Virus record (IMG/VR): IMGVR_UViG_3300017565_000340
Coordinates: 1-35,876 of that record
DNA from: a virus
Taxonomy: Duplodnaviria > Caudoviricetes
Length of the DNA stretch: 35,876 nucleotides
Reading direction: 5' to 3' (one strand)
The position numbers and the translations under genes were made by a program. Below the pieces are notes generated by a model. The model was not told where the DNA came from. It did no database searches and saw only the letters and a program-made list of their open reading frames with translations. Shown piece by piece: positions 1 through 6,963 of the stretch. Position 1 is the first letter of the stretch; every line of letters begins with the position of its first letter.

Positions 1-201
1 ATGAGCATCATCGAAAAAATCAACGCTGCGACGAACACCAACGAGCTGAGCGCCGCTGTCGAGGCGTATCTGGCGTCCATCGGCCAGGACGAGTTGGCGC
101 GCGGCGAGTCTTACGGTGAGACGGCCGCCAGGCTGGGCGGAAACGACATCCTGGAGCGCGCGGAGGCTCGCTGGTTTGAGATCGAGGGCGGCGCGGCGTA
201 A
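1..201 (+). CDS. Small acidic hypothetical protein, candidate anti-CRISPR/anti-defence protein
   Basis: 66 aa, D/E-rich; first of four tightly packed co-oriented ORFs that include an AcrIF11 homologue; TAATG overlap with the next ORF. Confidence 0.7.
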   Translation: MSIIEKINAATNTNELSAAVEAYLASIGQDELARGESYGETAARLGGNDILERAEARWFEIEGGAA

Positions 202-431
202 TGCCCCAGTTCCCCCGCCAATCATCCCGCCCGCTGAGCCCGGTATCCATCCGAGCCTCAGCGCGGCGCGCTCGTGCCCTGCTGGATCAGATCGATCACT
301 ACGCCGACCCGCAGGACGCCAGGGAGCGACAGCGACTCACGCGCGCCATAAACGGCCTGGCGCATGCCGCTCGCGATCTGTCGCGTCGGCACCGTGGGCA
401 ATCGGTCGCTGAGTCGCTGGAGCCGGAGTAG
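201..431 (+). CDS. Small basic hypothetical protein in the acr locus
   Basis: 76 aa, Arg-rich; ATG overlaps the upstream stop (TAATG); ends just before the acrIF11 start. Confidence 0.55.
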   Translation: MPQFPRQSSRPLSPVSIRASARRARALLDQIDHYADPQDARERQRLTRAINGLAHAARDLSRRHRGQSVAESLEPE

Positions 432-438
432 CACATCA

Positions 439-831
439 ATGTTCCACGGCAGTCTCAACATCATCAGCGAAATCACCGACGCGGGATTGTTCGGCGGAAT
501 TTTCGCAACGTCGAATGAATCCGCTGCTCGCAGTCATGGCGACGTCCTGCACGTCATTGAGTCCCCGCGACCGCTCAGCAACTACGCTCTCAACTACGAA
601 ATCGAGGGCGCGTATGAAACCGCGCTCGAACTGTGTGACGGCGATGAATCGCGCGCAGACGCGATCATGAGCGTCGGATGCGAATCAGATGACGGGGAGG
701 ATGGATGGGAGTTGCAGCGGCTGCGCGGAAAGCTGGCCGCCAGGCTGGGATACACGAGTGTTGAAATGCGGGACGAGCATGGCACGACGTGGCTCTGCCT
801 GCCGGGCTGCGCTATCACTGTGATCGAATGA
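439..831 (+). CDS. acrIF11: AcrIF11-family anti-CRISPR ADP-ribosyltransferase
   Basis: FHGS..ISEI.D.GLFGGIF, SHG..LH.I.SP.PL..YALNYEIE and GWELQRLRG.LA.RLGYTSVEM.DEHGTTWLCLPGC match the Pseudomonas AcrIF11 sequence as recalled. Start set to ATG 439 (GGAG at 425-428). Confidence 0.9.
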   Translation: MFHGSLNIISEITDAGLFGGIFATSNESAARSHGDVLHVIESPRPLSNYALNYEIEGAYETALELCDGDESRADAIMSVGCESDDGEDGWELQRLRGKLAARLGYTSVEMRDEHGTTWLCLPGCAITVIE

Positions 832-1058
832 TGCGTCCCGTCCGCCACCCCATCGTCACCGCCGATACCGCGCTGGCCGCTTGGCGCGCTCGCATTGGCC
901 TGACCCAGCGTGCCGCAGCTACAGCCCTCGGCATGAGCCTGAGCGCGTACCAGGAGCAGGAGCGCGGCGCCTCGTTCGCCGGCGAGCCGCGCAAACCGTC
1001 GCGCACCCTGCTGCTCGCGTGCGCAGCTGTCGAGCACGGGCTGGAGCCTATCGCGTGA
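828..1058 (+). CDS. XRE-family HTH protein, Aca-like (anti-CRISPR associated) regulator
   Basis: LAAWRARIGLTQRAAATALGMSLSAYQEQERG HTH motif; ATGA overlap with the acrIF11 stop; last gene of the acr operon. Confidence 0.8.
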   Translation: MMRPVRHPIVTADTALAAWRARIGLTQRAAATALGMSLSAYQEQERGASFAGEPRKPSRTLLLACAAVEHGLEPIA

Positions 1059-1497
1059 CCTCTACCGCCCATCGCTGCAGCGCCGTCAGTTGCTGCCGGA
1101 TGCGCTCGCAGTCGCGGCCGTACACATGGAGGGGCGCTGTAATATCTCGCCCAGGCGACAATACATGTCCTGGCTCCACGGCTGCATCGCCGCTGGTGGT
1201 GGGGGCGGGATTTGCGGGCGCAGCTGGGGCTTGCTCACACAGGCGGATAGGCTGAGGACGAGACAGATTGACGATGAGGCGCTGATCCAGCGCCTGCCGT
1301 TGCACATTGTCATTGGCGTCGATCTCCAGGGTTTTGTGGCGTAGCTGGGATTCTGCCGCCTGTGCGCGCTGGGTCTCTTTCAGCATCGCTGCCGCGTTGG
1401 CGTTCGCTTCCTGGTGCCGGCCGAGGAAATAGCTGCCGGCTGCGACGGCGATCACGGCTCCAAGGATGGCGAGCCATAGGCTACTGCTGCCCAGCAT
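1048..1497 (-). CDS. Rz: Inner-membrane spanin (Rz-like)
   Basis: N-terminal TM helix, Ala/Gln-rich coiled coil, Pro-rich linker, two Cys; last gene of the lysis cassette. Confidence 0.8.
   Translation of the reverse strand: MLGSSSLWLAILGAVIAVAAGSYFLGRHQEANANAAAMLKETQRAQAAESQLRHKTLEIDANDNVQRQALDQRLIVNLSRPQPIRLCEQAPAAPANPAPTTSGDAAVEPGHVLSPGRDITAPLHVYGRDCERIRQQLTALQRWAVEVTR
1086..1313 (-). CDS. Rz1: Outer-membrane spanin lipoprotein (Rz1-like), embedded in Rz
   Basis: Lipobox LSAC followed by Pro-rich PQIPPPPPAAMQP; nested in another frame of Rz. Exact start (1313 or 1307) uncertain. Confidence 0.8.
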   Translation of the reverse strand: MTMCNGRRWISASSSICLVLSLSACVSKPQLRPQIPPPPPAAMQPWSQDMYCRLGEILQRPSMCTAATASASGSN

Positions 1498-1687
1498 TGG
1501 TGTCGTCCGGGCTCTTGCCGCGATAGATATGATTCAACGCGACATCGCCGGCAGTGAACGCACCCAGGATCACGCCGACCAGCGTCACGAATTCGCCGCC
1601 CGTGAGTTTCGCGGAGAACGCAAATACACCGCAGCCGGTGATCGTGAACAGCAATGCAAGGATGAATTTTCGGCTCAAGTATTTCAT
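1481..1687 (-). CDS. Holin-like two-TM membrane protein
   Basis: 68 aa, SRKFILALL N-terminus, two hydrophobic segments, charged tail; lies between endolysin and Rz. Confidence 0.65.
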   Translation of the reverse strand: MKYLSRKFILALLFTITGCGVFAFSAKLTGGEFVTLVGVILGAFTAGDVALNHIYRGKSPDDTNAGQQ

Positions 1688-2031
1688 TTCACTCCACCTC
1701 TTTCCAGCGAATAGTGATTGCCATCCGGTTTGCGGAAGTCACCGCCCCATCGCGCAAGCTCGTGCATGGACTTCCATTTCTCACCGAGCGGTGCATGCGC
1801 TTCGCTGCGTGTCTGATACTTGCCGTCGATGTACAGGTCGAAGTCCACCGCGAGCCCGAGTAGATGCAGCGAATTCTTGATGCCCTTGCCGGCTTCCGCA
1901 TTAGCCTTCGCCTGCTGCGGGCTTCGCTTGGTCTCGCCGAACGCAACCTCGTAACCCGGCTGCGTGAATACCCATAGGCCGAATTCGCAGACCAGCCGGG
2001 TGAACAGACAGCGCTGTTCGCGTAGAGTCAT
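1684..2031 (-). CDS. Endolysin, M15-family Zn peptidase (L-Ala-D-Glu peptidase type)
   Basis: RS..QQA, SLH..GLAVD and WGGDF..PDGNHYS motifs; start ATG 2031 overlaps the upstream stop (ATGA). Confidence 0.9.
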   Translation of the reverse strand: MTLREQRCLFTRLVCEFGLWVFTQPGYEVAFGETKRSPQQAKANAEAGKGIKNSLHLLGLAVDFDLYIDGKYQTRSEAHAPLGEKWKSMHELARWGGDFRKPDGNHYSLERGGVK

Positions 2032-2210
2032 TTCCGCCCCAGCAACCGCTGCACGGTGTCGGTCTCGTAGATGCGGATCGCAACCCAGATGACCGAGAGG
2101 ACCGTGGCAACGTGAGGAAGCCAGCCCAAAAATGTTGCCACGATGGTTCCTATTGACATGCCGTCCAGTACGCTTTTGAACGGTGCGGATAGATGCTCGT
2201 AAGCGTGCAT
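2028..2210 (-). CDS. Holin-like small membrane protein
   Basis: 60 aa, hydrophobic core GTIVATFLGWLPHVATVLSVIWVAIRIYE; GGGGAG RBS; immediately upstream of the endolysin. Confidence 0.7.
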   Translation of the reverse strand: MHAYEHLSAPFKSVLDGMSIGTIVATFLGWLPHVATVLSVIWVAIRIYETDTVQRLLGRK

Positions 2211-2221
2211 CGCATGCTCCC

Positions 2222-2356
2222 CTAACGAGGCCGCTTCGGGCCGCTGGGCTTTCTGCCGCCGCCATACCCGTCGTCGTCATCATTACGACGAATGGCCCAC
2301 AGCACCAGCCCCACGAGAATGACGGTGCCAACGATTATCGCCAACGTGCTGTTCAT
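2222..2356 (-). CDS. 44-aa single-pass membrane microprotein (absent from ORF track)
   Basis: MNSTLAIIVGTVILVGLVLWAIRRNDDDDGYGGGRKPSGPKRPR; AGGAGA RBS; fills the gap in the late operon. Confidence 0.7.
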   Translation of the reverse strand: MNSTLAIIVGTVILVGLVLWAIRRNDDDDGYGGGRKPSGPKRPR

Positions 2357-2366
2357 GATCGATCTC

Positions 2367-2498
2367 CTACTTCAGACCGCTGCCAAAGCCATTGCCGGAG
2401 CCTGTGCCGCCCGGTTTCACCTTTTTACTGCGCCGAACCAACCAATAAATCATGCCGGCGAATGCAAGCGCGGTGACGATGCCGAAAAAGATTTGCAT
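2367..2498 (-). CDS. 43-aa single-pass membrane microprotein (absent from ORF track)
   Basis: MQIFFGIVTALAFAGMIYWLVRRSKKVKPGGTGSGNGFGSGLK; starts 2 nt after the upstream stop. Confidence 0.65.
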   Translation of the reverse strand: MQIFFGIVTALAFAGMIYWLVRRSKKVKPGGTGSGNGFGSGLK

Positions 2499-2500
2499 GG

Positions 2501-3022
2501 CTAAAATCCTACGACGTGAGTGGTGGTGAGGGTGATATCAACTGAGTCAGACAGCCCCGACCCCGCGTCGGTCGCGGTGCATCGAAACGTGCCTACATAA
2601 ACGGACCCAGCACCGCCAGAGGCTGGAGCAGATCGACTGAATGTCGTCGAAGCGGATGACGGCGATGCAATCGTCGCGTTCGTGCCGCTCACATAGGTCC
2701 ATGCGTAGGTGACCGAGCCCACCGGGTTATTACCGGTGCAGGTGATGGACGGGACAAATGCCGTGCATGAGCCCGCCGACGGCGTCACGCATGCGCCAGT
2801 GCCCGTGCTGTCGTCTACGCTGACCGAGAACGCACTGAAGACAAGCCGCTGAACGCCAGCGCTCTCTATATATGTACGCTTGATGTCGAGGTTCGCCCCG
2901 CCGCTTTCGATGAACAGCCGAACCGTGGGGCGGTTGACGCCGGAACTCTCGACGATGGTCTGCTGACCGTGTGCCGCCAGGCAAACGACGCATGCGACCA
3001 GGGCTGTGAGCAACTTGCACAT
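2501..3022 (-). CDS. Putative tail-fibre tip adhesin (PKD/Ig-like C-terminal domain) with Sec-type signal peptide
   Basis: Follows the fibre gene; three-fold (I/F/Y)(V/I)ES.G repeat near the N-terminus; TYAWT..ATIASPSSASTTF..GTFRCTATD Ig-like pattern; signal MCKLLTALVACVVCLAAHG|Q. Confidence 0.6.
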   Translation of the reverse strand: MCKLLTALVACVVCLAAHGQQTIVESSGVNRPTVRLFIESGGANLDIKRTYIESAGVQRLVFSAFSVSVDDSTGTGACVTPSAGSCTAFVPSITCTGNNPVGSVTYAWTYVSGTNATIASPSSASTTFSRSAPASGGAGSVYVGTFRCTATDAGSGLSDSVDITLTTTHVVGF

Positions 3023-3023
3023 G

Positions 3024-3986
3024 TCAGTAGCAGTAGGTGATTCGGCCGTCCTCGCCGCTCACGGATGGCGGGCACGAGGAATTAGGAAGGAGCTGCTTGG
3101 TGGTCCCGACCTTGCCGGTGATGTTCCTGGCGTAGCCGGCCCCCATGTGTTGGGTTACGTTGGATTGCACGATCCGTGCGTCTGGCATATTCCCGGTGAG
3201 CTGAGACGCGGCAATCGCCAGGGCTGCTTGATGCTGGGTGACCGCCGCTTGAGGCACCCGAGCGCTGGGGATCGAGCCTGCATTGAGATTGCTCGCGCTG
3301 AGGTAGTATGCCGAACTCTGGCCGTCGAGCAGATCAGCGTCGAGACCGCTGCCGGAACCATCCACGGTCAGCAGCAGCGACAGGATCTGGGCTGCCGTCA
3401 TTTCTGTGAGTGGATTCACCAACACGAACTGCGTGCCAGAGGCCACCAGAAATGCCGGGATACCGGCCACCAGGTCATTGGCAACCAGTGCCGTGCCGTT
3501 GCGCTTGACGATGGCGCGGGCCGTGAGGCCGTTCACCGATAGCGTCGCCGCACCAGTATTGCTGTTCGTCGGCACGAATGAGATAGGCATGCCGGTGGTG
3601 TAGGACGAGATTGACGGCACCAGGCTACCCACGTAGGTATCGGTGCCCGAAACGCTCGTCAGCGTCTGCATTGAGAAGTTCTGGACTTGCCCGGCCGCGG
3701 CGTACTGGTTACCCGAGGTCGCGTTGGCCACGTTCGTGTGCTTGAACCCGCCCATCGGCAAGTTGGCGCTCGGGACCGTCTGTCCGTCCTTGGAAAGGCT
3801 GTTGGTGAGCGCTGTAGCGATATCAGACAGGGTCGTATTCGCCCAGGTCGAATCGATGGTGGTGCCGGTGACGACGGGGTTGCCGGCCGGCAGGCTGTAG
3901 GTGCCCGAGCCGTCCCGGCTGGCCCAGGTGATGCCAATGGCCGCAACCGCGAGTGCGGCCATGCTGGACTTGATGTAGGATTTCAT
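3024..3986 (-). CDS. Tail fibre protein with an N-terminal Sec-type signal peptide
   Basis: SRDGSGTYSLPAGNPVVTGTTI.STWANTTLSDIA podovirus fibre anchor; VDGSGSGLDADLLDG fibre motif; 22-aa leader ending T-W-A. Confidence 0.85.
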   Translation of the reverse strand: MKSYIKSSMAALAVAAIGITWASRDGSGTYSLPAGNPVVTGTTIDSTWANTTLSDIATALTNSLSKDGQTVPSANLPMGGFKHTNVANATSGNQYAAAGQVQNFSMQTLTSVSGTDTYVGSLVPSISSYTTGMPISFVPTNSNTGAATLSVNGLTARAIVKRNGTALVANDLVAGIPAFLVASGTQFVLVNPLTEMTAAQILSLLLTVDGSGSGLDADLLDGQSSAYYLSASNLNAGSIPSARVPQAAVTQHQAALAIAASQLTGNMPDARIVQSNVTQHMGAGYARNITGKVGTTKQLLPNSSCPPSVSGEDGRITYCY

Positions 3987-5692
3987 GTTCCCGTCTCCAA
4001 GATAATCCCTTGCCGCGCAAGGGCAGCGGCCAATGCCCGGCGACGAGCGGCTTCGCGAGTTTCGTTACGCACCGTGCCGCCGGTGCCAGTAGCTGAGCCG
4101 GATGCAGTGCTCTGTCCTGCGGCTGTTCTGGTAATCGCTTGACCCAGGCGATCGCCGGCGCGGGACGCTGCGCGCGCCCCGGCCTGTGCACGCACGGCGA
4201 GGTCCACCGCAGGAGTGCTCGTGTAGGCGCGACTGGCGAGACTCATGGGAATCCGTGCGACCAAGTCTGTCGCGCTTTGCAGCGGCATGCGTGTTGCTGT
4301 ACCGGAGTCACCGACAATCGGCGCGAATGCCTGAGAGAAGCGCGCCGCGTCGTACATCGGCGATTCGTTCTCTCCGAACATGTAGCCGCGCCGATCCTTC
4401 GACTGCAGCAAATTGGCGAGCGAACGGCCGCTCACATCGCCTTTGGCTGGGTTTACAACGCCGACGCGCTGTGTGAGCAGCATCAAATTGCGGTATTGTT
4501 GGCGCGCGGTACCCAGCGCAGCAGCCCTCTCAGGCGACAGCCCTTGCCCAAGCAGATCGTCCACGTAGTCCTTGACCCGATACAGAGCAATGCCGAGATC
4601 TCGGTCTCCGCTCGGCGTCGTCATGCTCTTGTAGGCAGCCTTTCCGAGCTTGCTGCTCAGCGAACTGAGCTGCCGACCGTCTGCGGTGCCTTCCTGAGCG
4701 AATCGAACGACATCTTCGACGAGTGGATGGCTGTCGAGCCCTTGCACGAGTCCGCGCATGTCGTCCTTGAGTCCAGCATAGAACTGCAGGAACTGACGTG
4801 GCTCGATCGTACGCGGTACGTCGTCAGCAACATCCTGAAAGACATTGCCAATGCGATCCGCGGCACGCGCGAGCACGCCAGCATCGACCACATCCGCGGA
4901 CTCACCGATAGCCTCGGCCGCGCTCCTATTGAGCACAGACGCGTTGTTGGCCTTCAGTGCATTGAAGGGCCCAGACGTCATCGGCTGGGACTCAAGTTTG
5001 GCTTCAAACTGCTGAAGGGCCCTTGATCCCGTAGCCTGCCCAGGCGTCAACCGCATGCCGAGTTCTCGCCCACGGTCCGCAATGCGCTGCATAGTCGGCG
5101 TCAGGCCGGCGGACTCGTCGGCACCGACGCTGCCGAACGTGGAGCCGCCGCCGGTGGTGCGTATCTCTGGAGCCACACGCGCCTCGGCTCCGGCTGTCGC
5201 TTGGCCGGGTGACAGGCGCGCAGCGGCCTGCGCATCCGCCGCGCTTGATGAGCTTGCCGTCGATGCGGCCGGGCTACGTACTGGCACAGTTAACGACGCT
5301 GGCGCACCCTTGATCTGGGGCACGGGCAGACGCGAACCGGCGATGGCGCTCCCAACGATGTTCACGCCCTTCTCGATTCCTGACTCCGGAGTCGGAAACA
5401 CACGAGACATTGCCTGCTCGTACATCTGCGACGGCAGTTCGTAATCTTCACCAGCGATCGCATTGCGAGTGGCGACGCCGGCATTTGCCGCCAGCAAAGG
5501 TAGTGCCGTCAGGGCGTCGATGGGCAGCCTGGCGGTAAGACCAAACTGGCGCTTCACCTGATCGAGAAAGTTGGGCGCCTGCTGCTCCGCACGCTCGTTC
5601 GTGGCGTACTTCTCCCAGGGCTTAGCATCGTTGCTGTTTCCAGCATCGTGCAGATCGCCCTGCTGCGCATACCTTGCCCAGGGGCCGCTCAC
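3983..5692 (-). CDS. Internal virion / DNA ejection protein
   Basis: 569 aa, Ala-rich helical; N-terminal PW..Y motifs; third of three genes between nozzle/GNAT and fibre. Confidence 0.7.
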   Translation of the reverse strand: MSGPWARYAQQGDLHDAGNSNDAKPWEKYATNERAEQQAPNFLDQVKRQFGLTARLPIDALTALPLLAANAGVATRNAIAGEDYELPSQMYEQAMSRVFPTPESGIEKGVNIVGSAIAGSRLPVPQIKGAPASLTVPVRSPAASTASSSSAADAQAAARLSPGQATAGAEARVAPEIRTTGGGSTFGSVGADESAGLTPTMQRIADRGRELGMRLTPGQATGSRALQQFEAKLESQPMTSGPFNALKANNASVLNRSAAEAIGESADVVDAGVLARAADRIGNVFQDVADDVPRTIEPRQFLQFYAGLKDDMRGLVQGLDSHPLVEDVVRFAQEGTADGRQLSSLSSKLGKAAYKSMTTPSGDRDLGIALYRVKDYVDDLLGQGLSPERAAALGTARQQYRNLMLLTQRVGVVNPAKGDVSGRSLANLLQSKDRRGYMFGENESPMYDAARFSQAFAPIVGDSGTATRMPLQSATDLVARIPMSLASRAYTSTPAVDLAVRAQAGARAASRAGDRLGQAITRTAAGQSTASGSATGTGGTVRNETREAARRRALAAALARQGIILETGT

Positions 5693-6963
5693 TGAACCGG
5701 CTCCCAGCTATTAGGATCCGCGGGGTCACCGCCCTTGAAACGATAGCCGCCTTCCTCGGCGCCTATGGCGGGCGCGCCGTCCGGCGCTGCAGGCGGCGAA
5801 GACTGAGCAGTTCCGGCTCCGAGCAAATTCGTATAGCCGTTCTCAATCAGCGCCAGCATGTCCTCCAGGCCCTGGATCTTGTCGGCCGTCGTGGTCTCGT
5901 AGTCCGAGCGCGACGGAAATTTCGACTGATCGAGCTTTGTTTCATAGTCGGACATCGAGCCAACGCCCGGCACACGAGTGAGTGCGGTCAACGTGCTGCG
6001 CATCTGATCGACGCGCCCGTCGAACAGCTTTCCGGCTTGGGTCGGCAGCATTCCTTGTCCAGGACCAAAAGCGTTGATGCCCTGACGACCCTGCTCGAAG
6101 GCTTCCTTCACCTTGGCGAGCTGCTGACGCGCAAGTGCAACCGTATTCAGCTTCATCCGCGCCGTGGTCGCGTCCCTCTGACTCAGCACGCCGGTGTTGT
6201 CGCGCTTGGAGATCACGCTGATCTCGCCAGTCTGCGGGTTCCTCTGCGCCGCCGTGCCGGCCGGCAGTCCGGCTGTCACTATTTCCTCTGGCGTCAACGA
6301 TACCCACGTTGCCGGCGCCTTCTCAGGCTTCGGCGCGACGCGCTGCAGGTCGCCGATGTTCCCGCTTTGCATGTAACGCGCGAGCGATTCAGTCGTGAAG
6401 TCGGAAGGGTTTATGTTCCCAATTTGCGCGCCAGCCCGTTCCGCTGCCGGAAGCGAAGCGACGGGCTTACCGTCTGCGGTGAAACGCTGCTCGCCAGGCT
6501 TGAGCGTAAATCCTTCCTGGGGCTTCTGGGCAGGCGGAAACAACGACCGAAGCGCCTGCCCGCCCACGATCTGCCGGTACTGATCGAGTGGCAGTCCTTC
6601 CATCAGCTGAGCCGCGGCACGCTCACGCGCGGCGGGATCACCGGTGTCGACCAGGCCGGAAGGCGATGCCGAGGCCGGCCCTTGTTGCTGCGGCTGCGCG
6701 CCGCCACCCCGCATCTGGCCCAGCGCATCGGTCAGTCGCTTGCGCTCCGCGTCGTCGGCCGCCGTCTGGTCCTGGTCGGCCTTGTGTTCCGCATAGGCGC
6801 CGCCAATGCCCGCCGCGAGCCGACCAAGCGCCGAAAACGGTGTTGGGCCGACGTAGAACCTCCCGCCCTGCTGCTGCGGCTGCGTGTTGGCCTGCTGCAT
6901 GAGCATCTGTGCGATCTGGCGGCGGCGATCGATCTGCCGAGTTTGCTGGTCGTAGGTGGGCAT
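5689..6963 (-). CDS. Internal virion / DNA ejection protein
   Basis: 424 aa, Gln/Ala-rich; FTLKPGEQRF motif; C-terminal GGYRFKGGDPADPNSWE. Confidence 0.7.
   Translation of the reverse strand: MPTYDQQTRQIDRRRQIAQMLMQQANTQPQQQGGRFYVGPTPFSALGRLAAGIGGAYAEHKADQDQTAADDAERKRLTDALGQMRGGGAQPQQQGPASASPSGLVDTGDPAARERAAAQLMEGLPLDQYRQIVGGQALRSLFPPAQKPQEGFTLKPGEQRFTADGKPVASLPAAERAGAQIGNINPSDFTTESLARYMQSGNIGDLQRVAPKPEKAPATWVSLTPEEIVTAGLPAGTAAQRNPQTGEISVISKRDNTGVLSQRDATTARMKLNTVALARQQLAKVKEAFEQGRQGINAFGPGQGMLPTQAGKLFDGRVDQMRSTLTALTRVPGVGSMSDYETKLDQSKFPSRSDYETTTADKIQGLEDMLALIENGYTNLLGAGTAQSSPPAAPDGAPAIGAEEGGYRFKGGDPADPNSWEPVQ

Noticed and set aside
364-438. 25-aa N-terminal extension of AcrIF11 in the ORF track
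   Set aside because: Overlaps the upstream ORF; homology and the RBS point to ATG 439.
2032-2331. 100-aa N-terminal extension on the endolysin (possible SAR/signal region)
   Set aside because: The region is occupied by the holin-like gene and a microprotein in other frames; ATG 2031 is coupled to the holin stop.
2501-3986. Diversity-generating retroelement targeting the tail fibre
   Set aside because: No reverse transcriptase and no template/variable repeat pair seen in the window.
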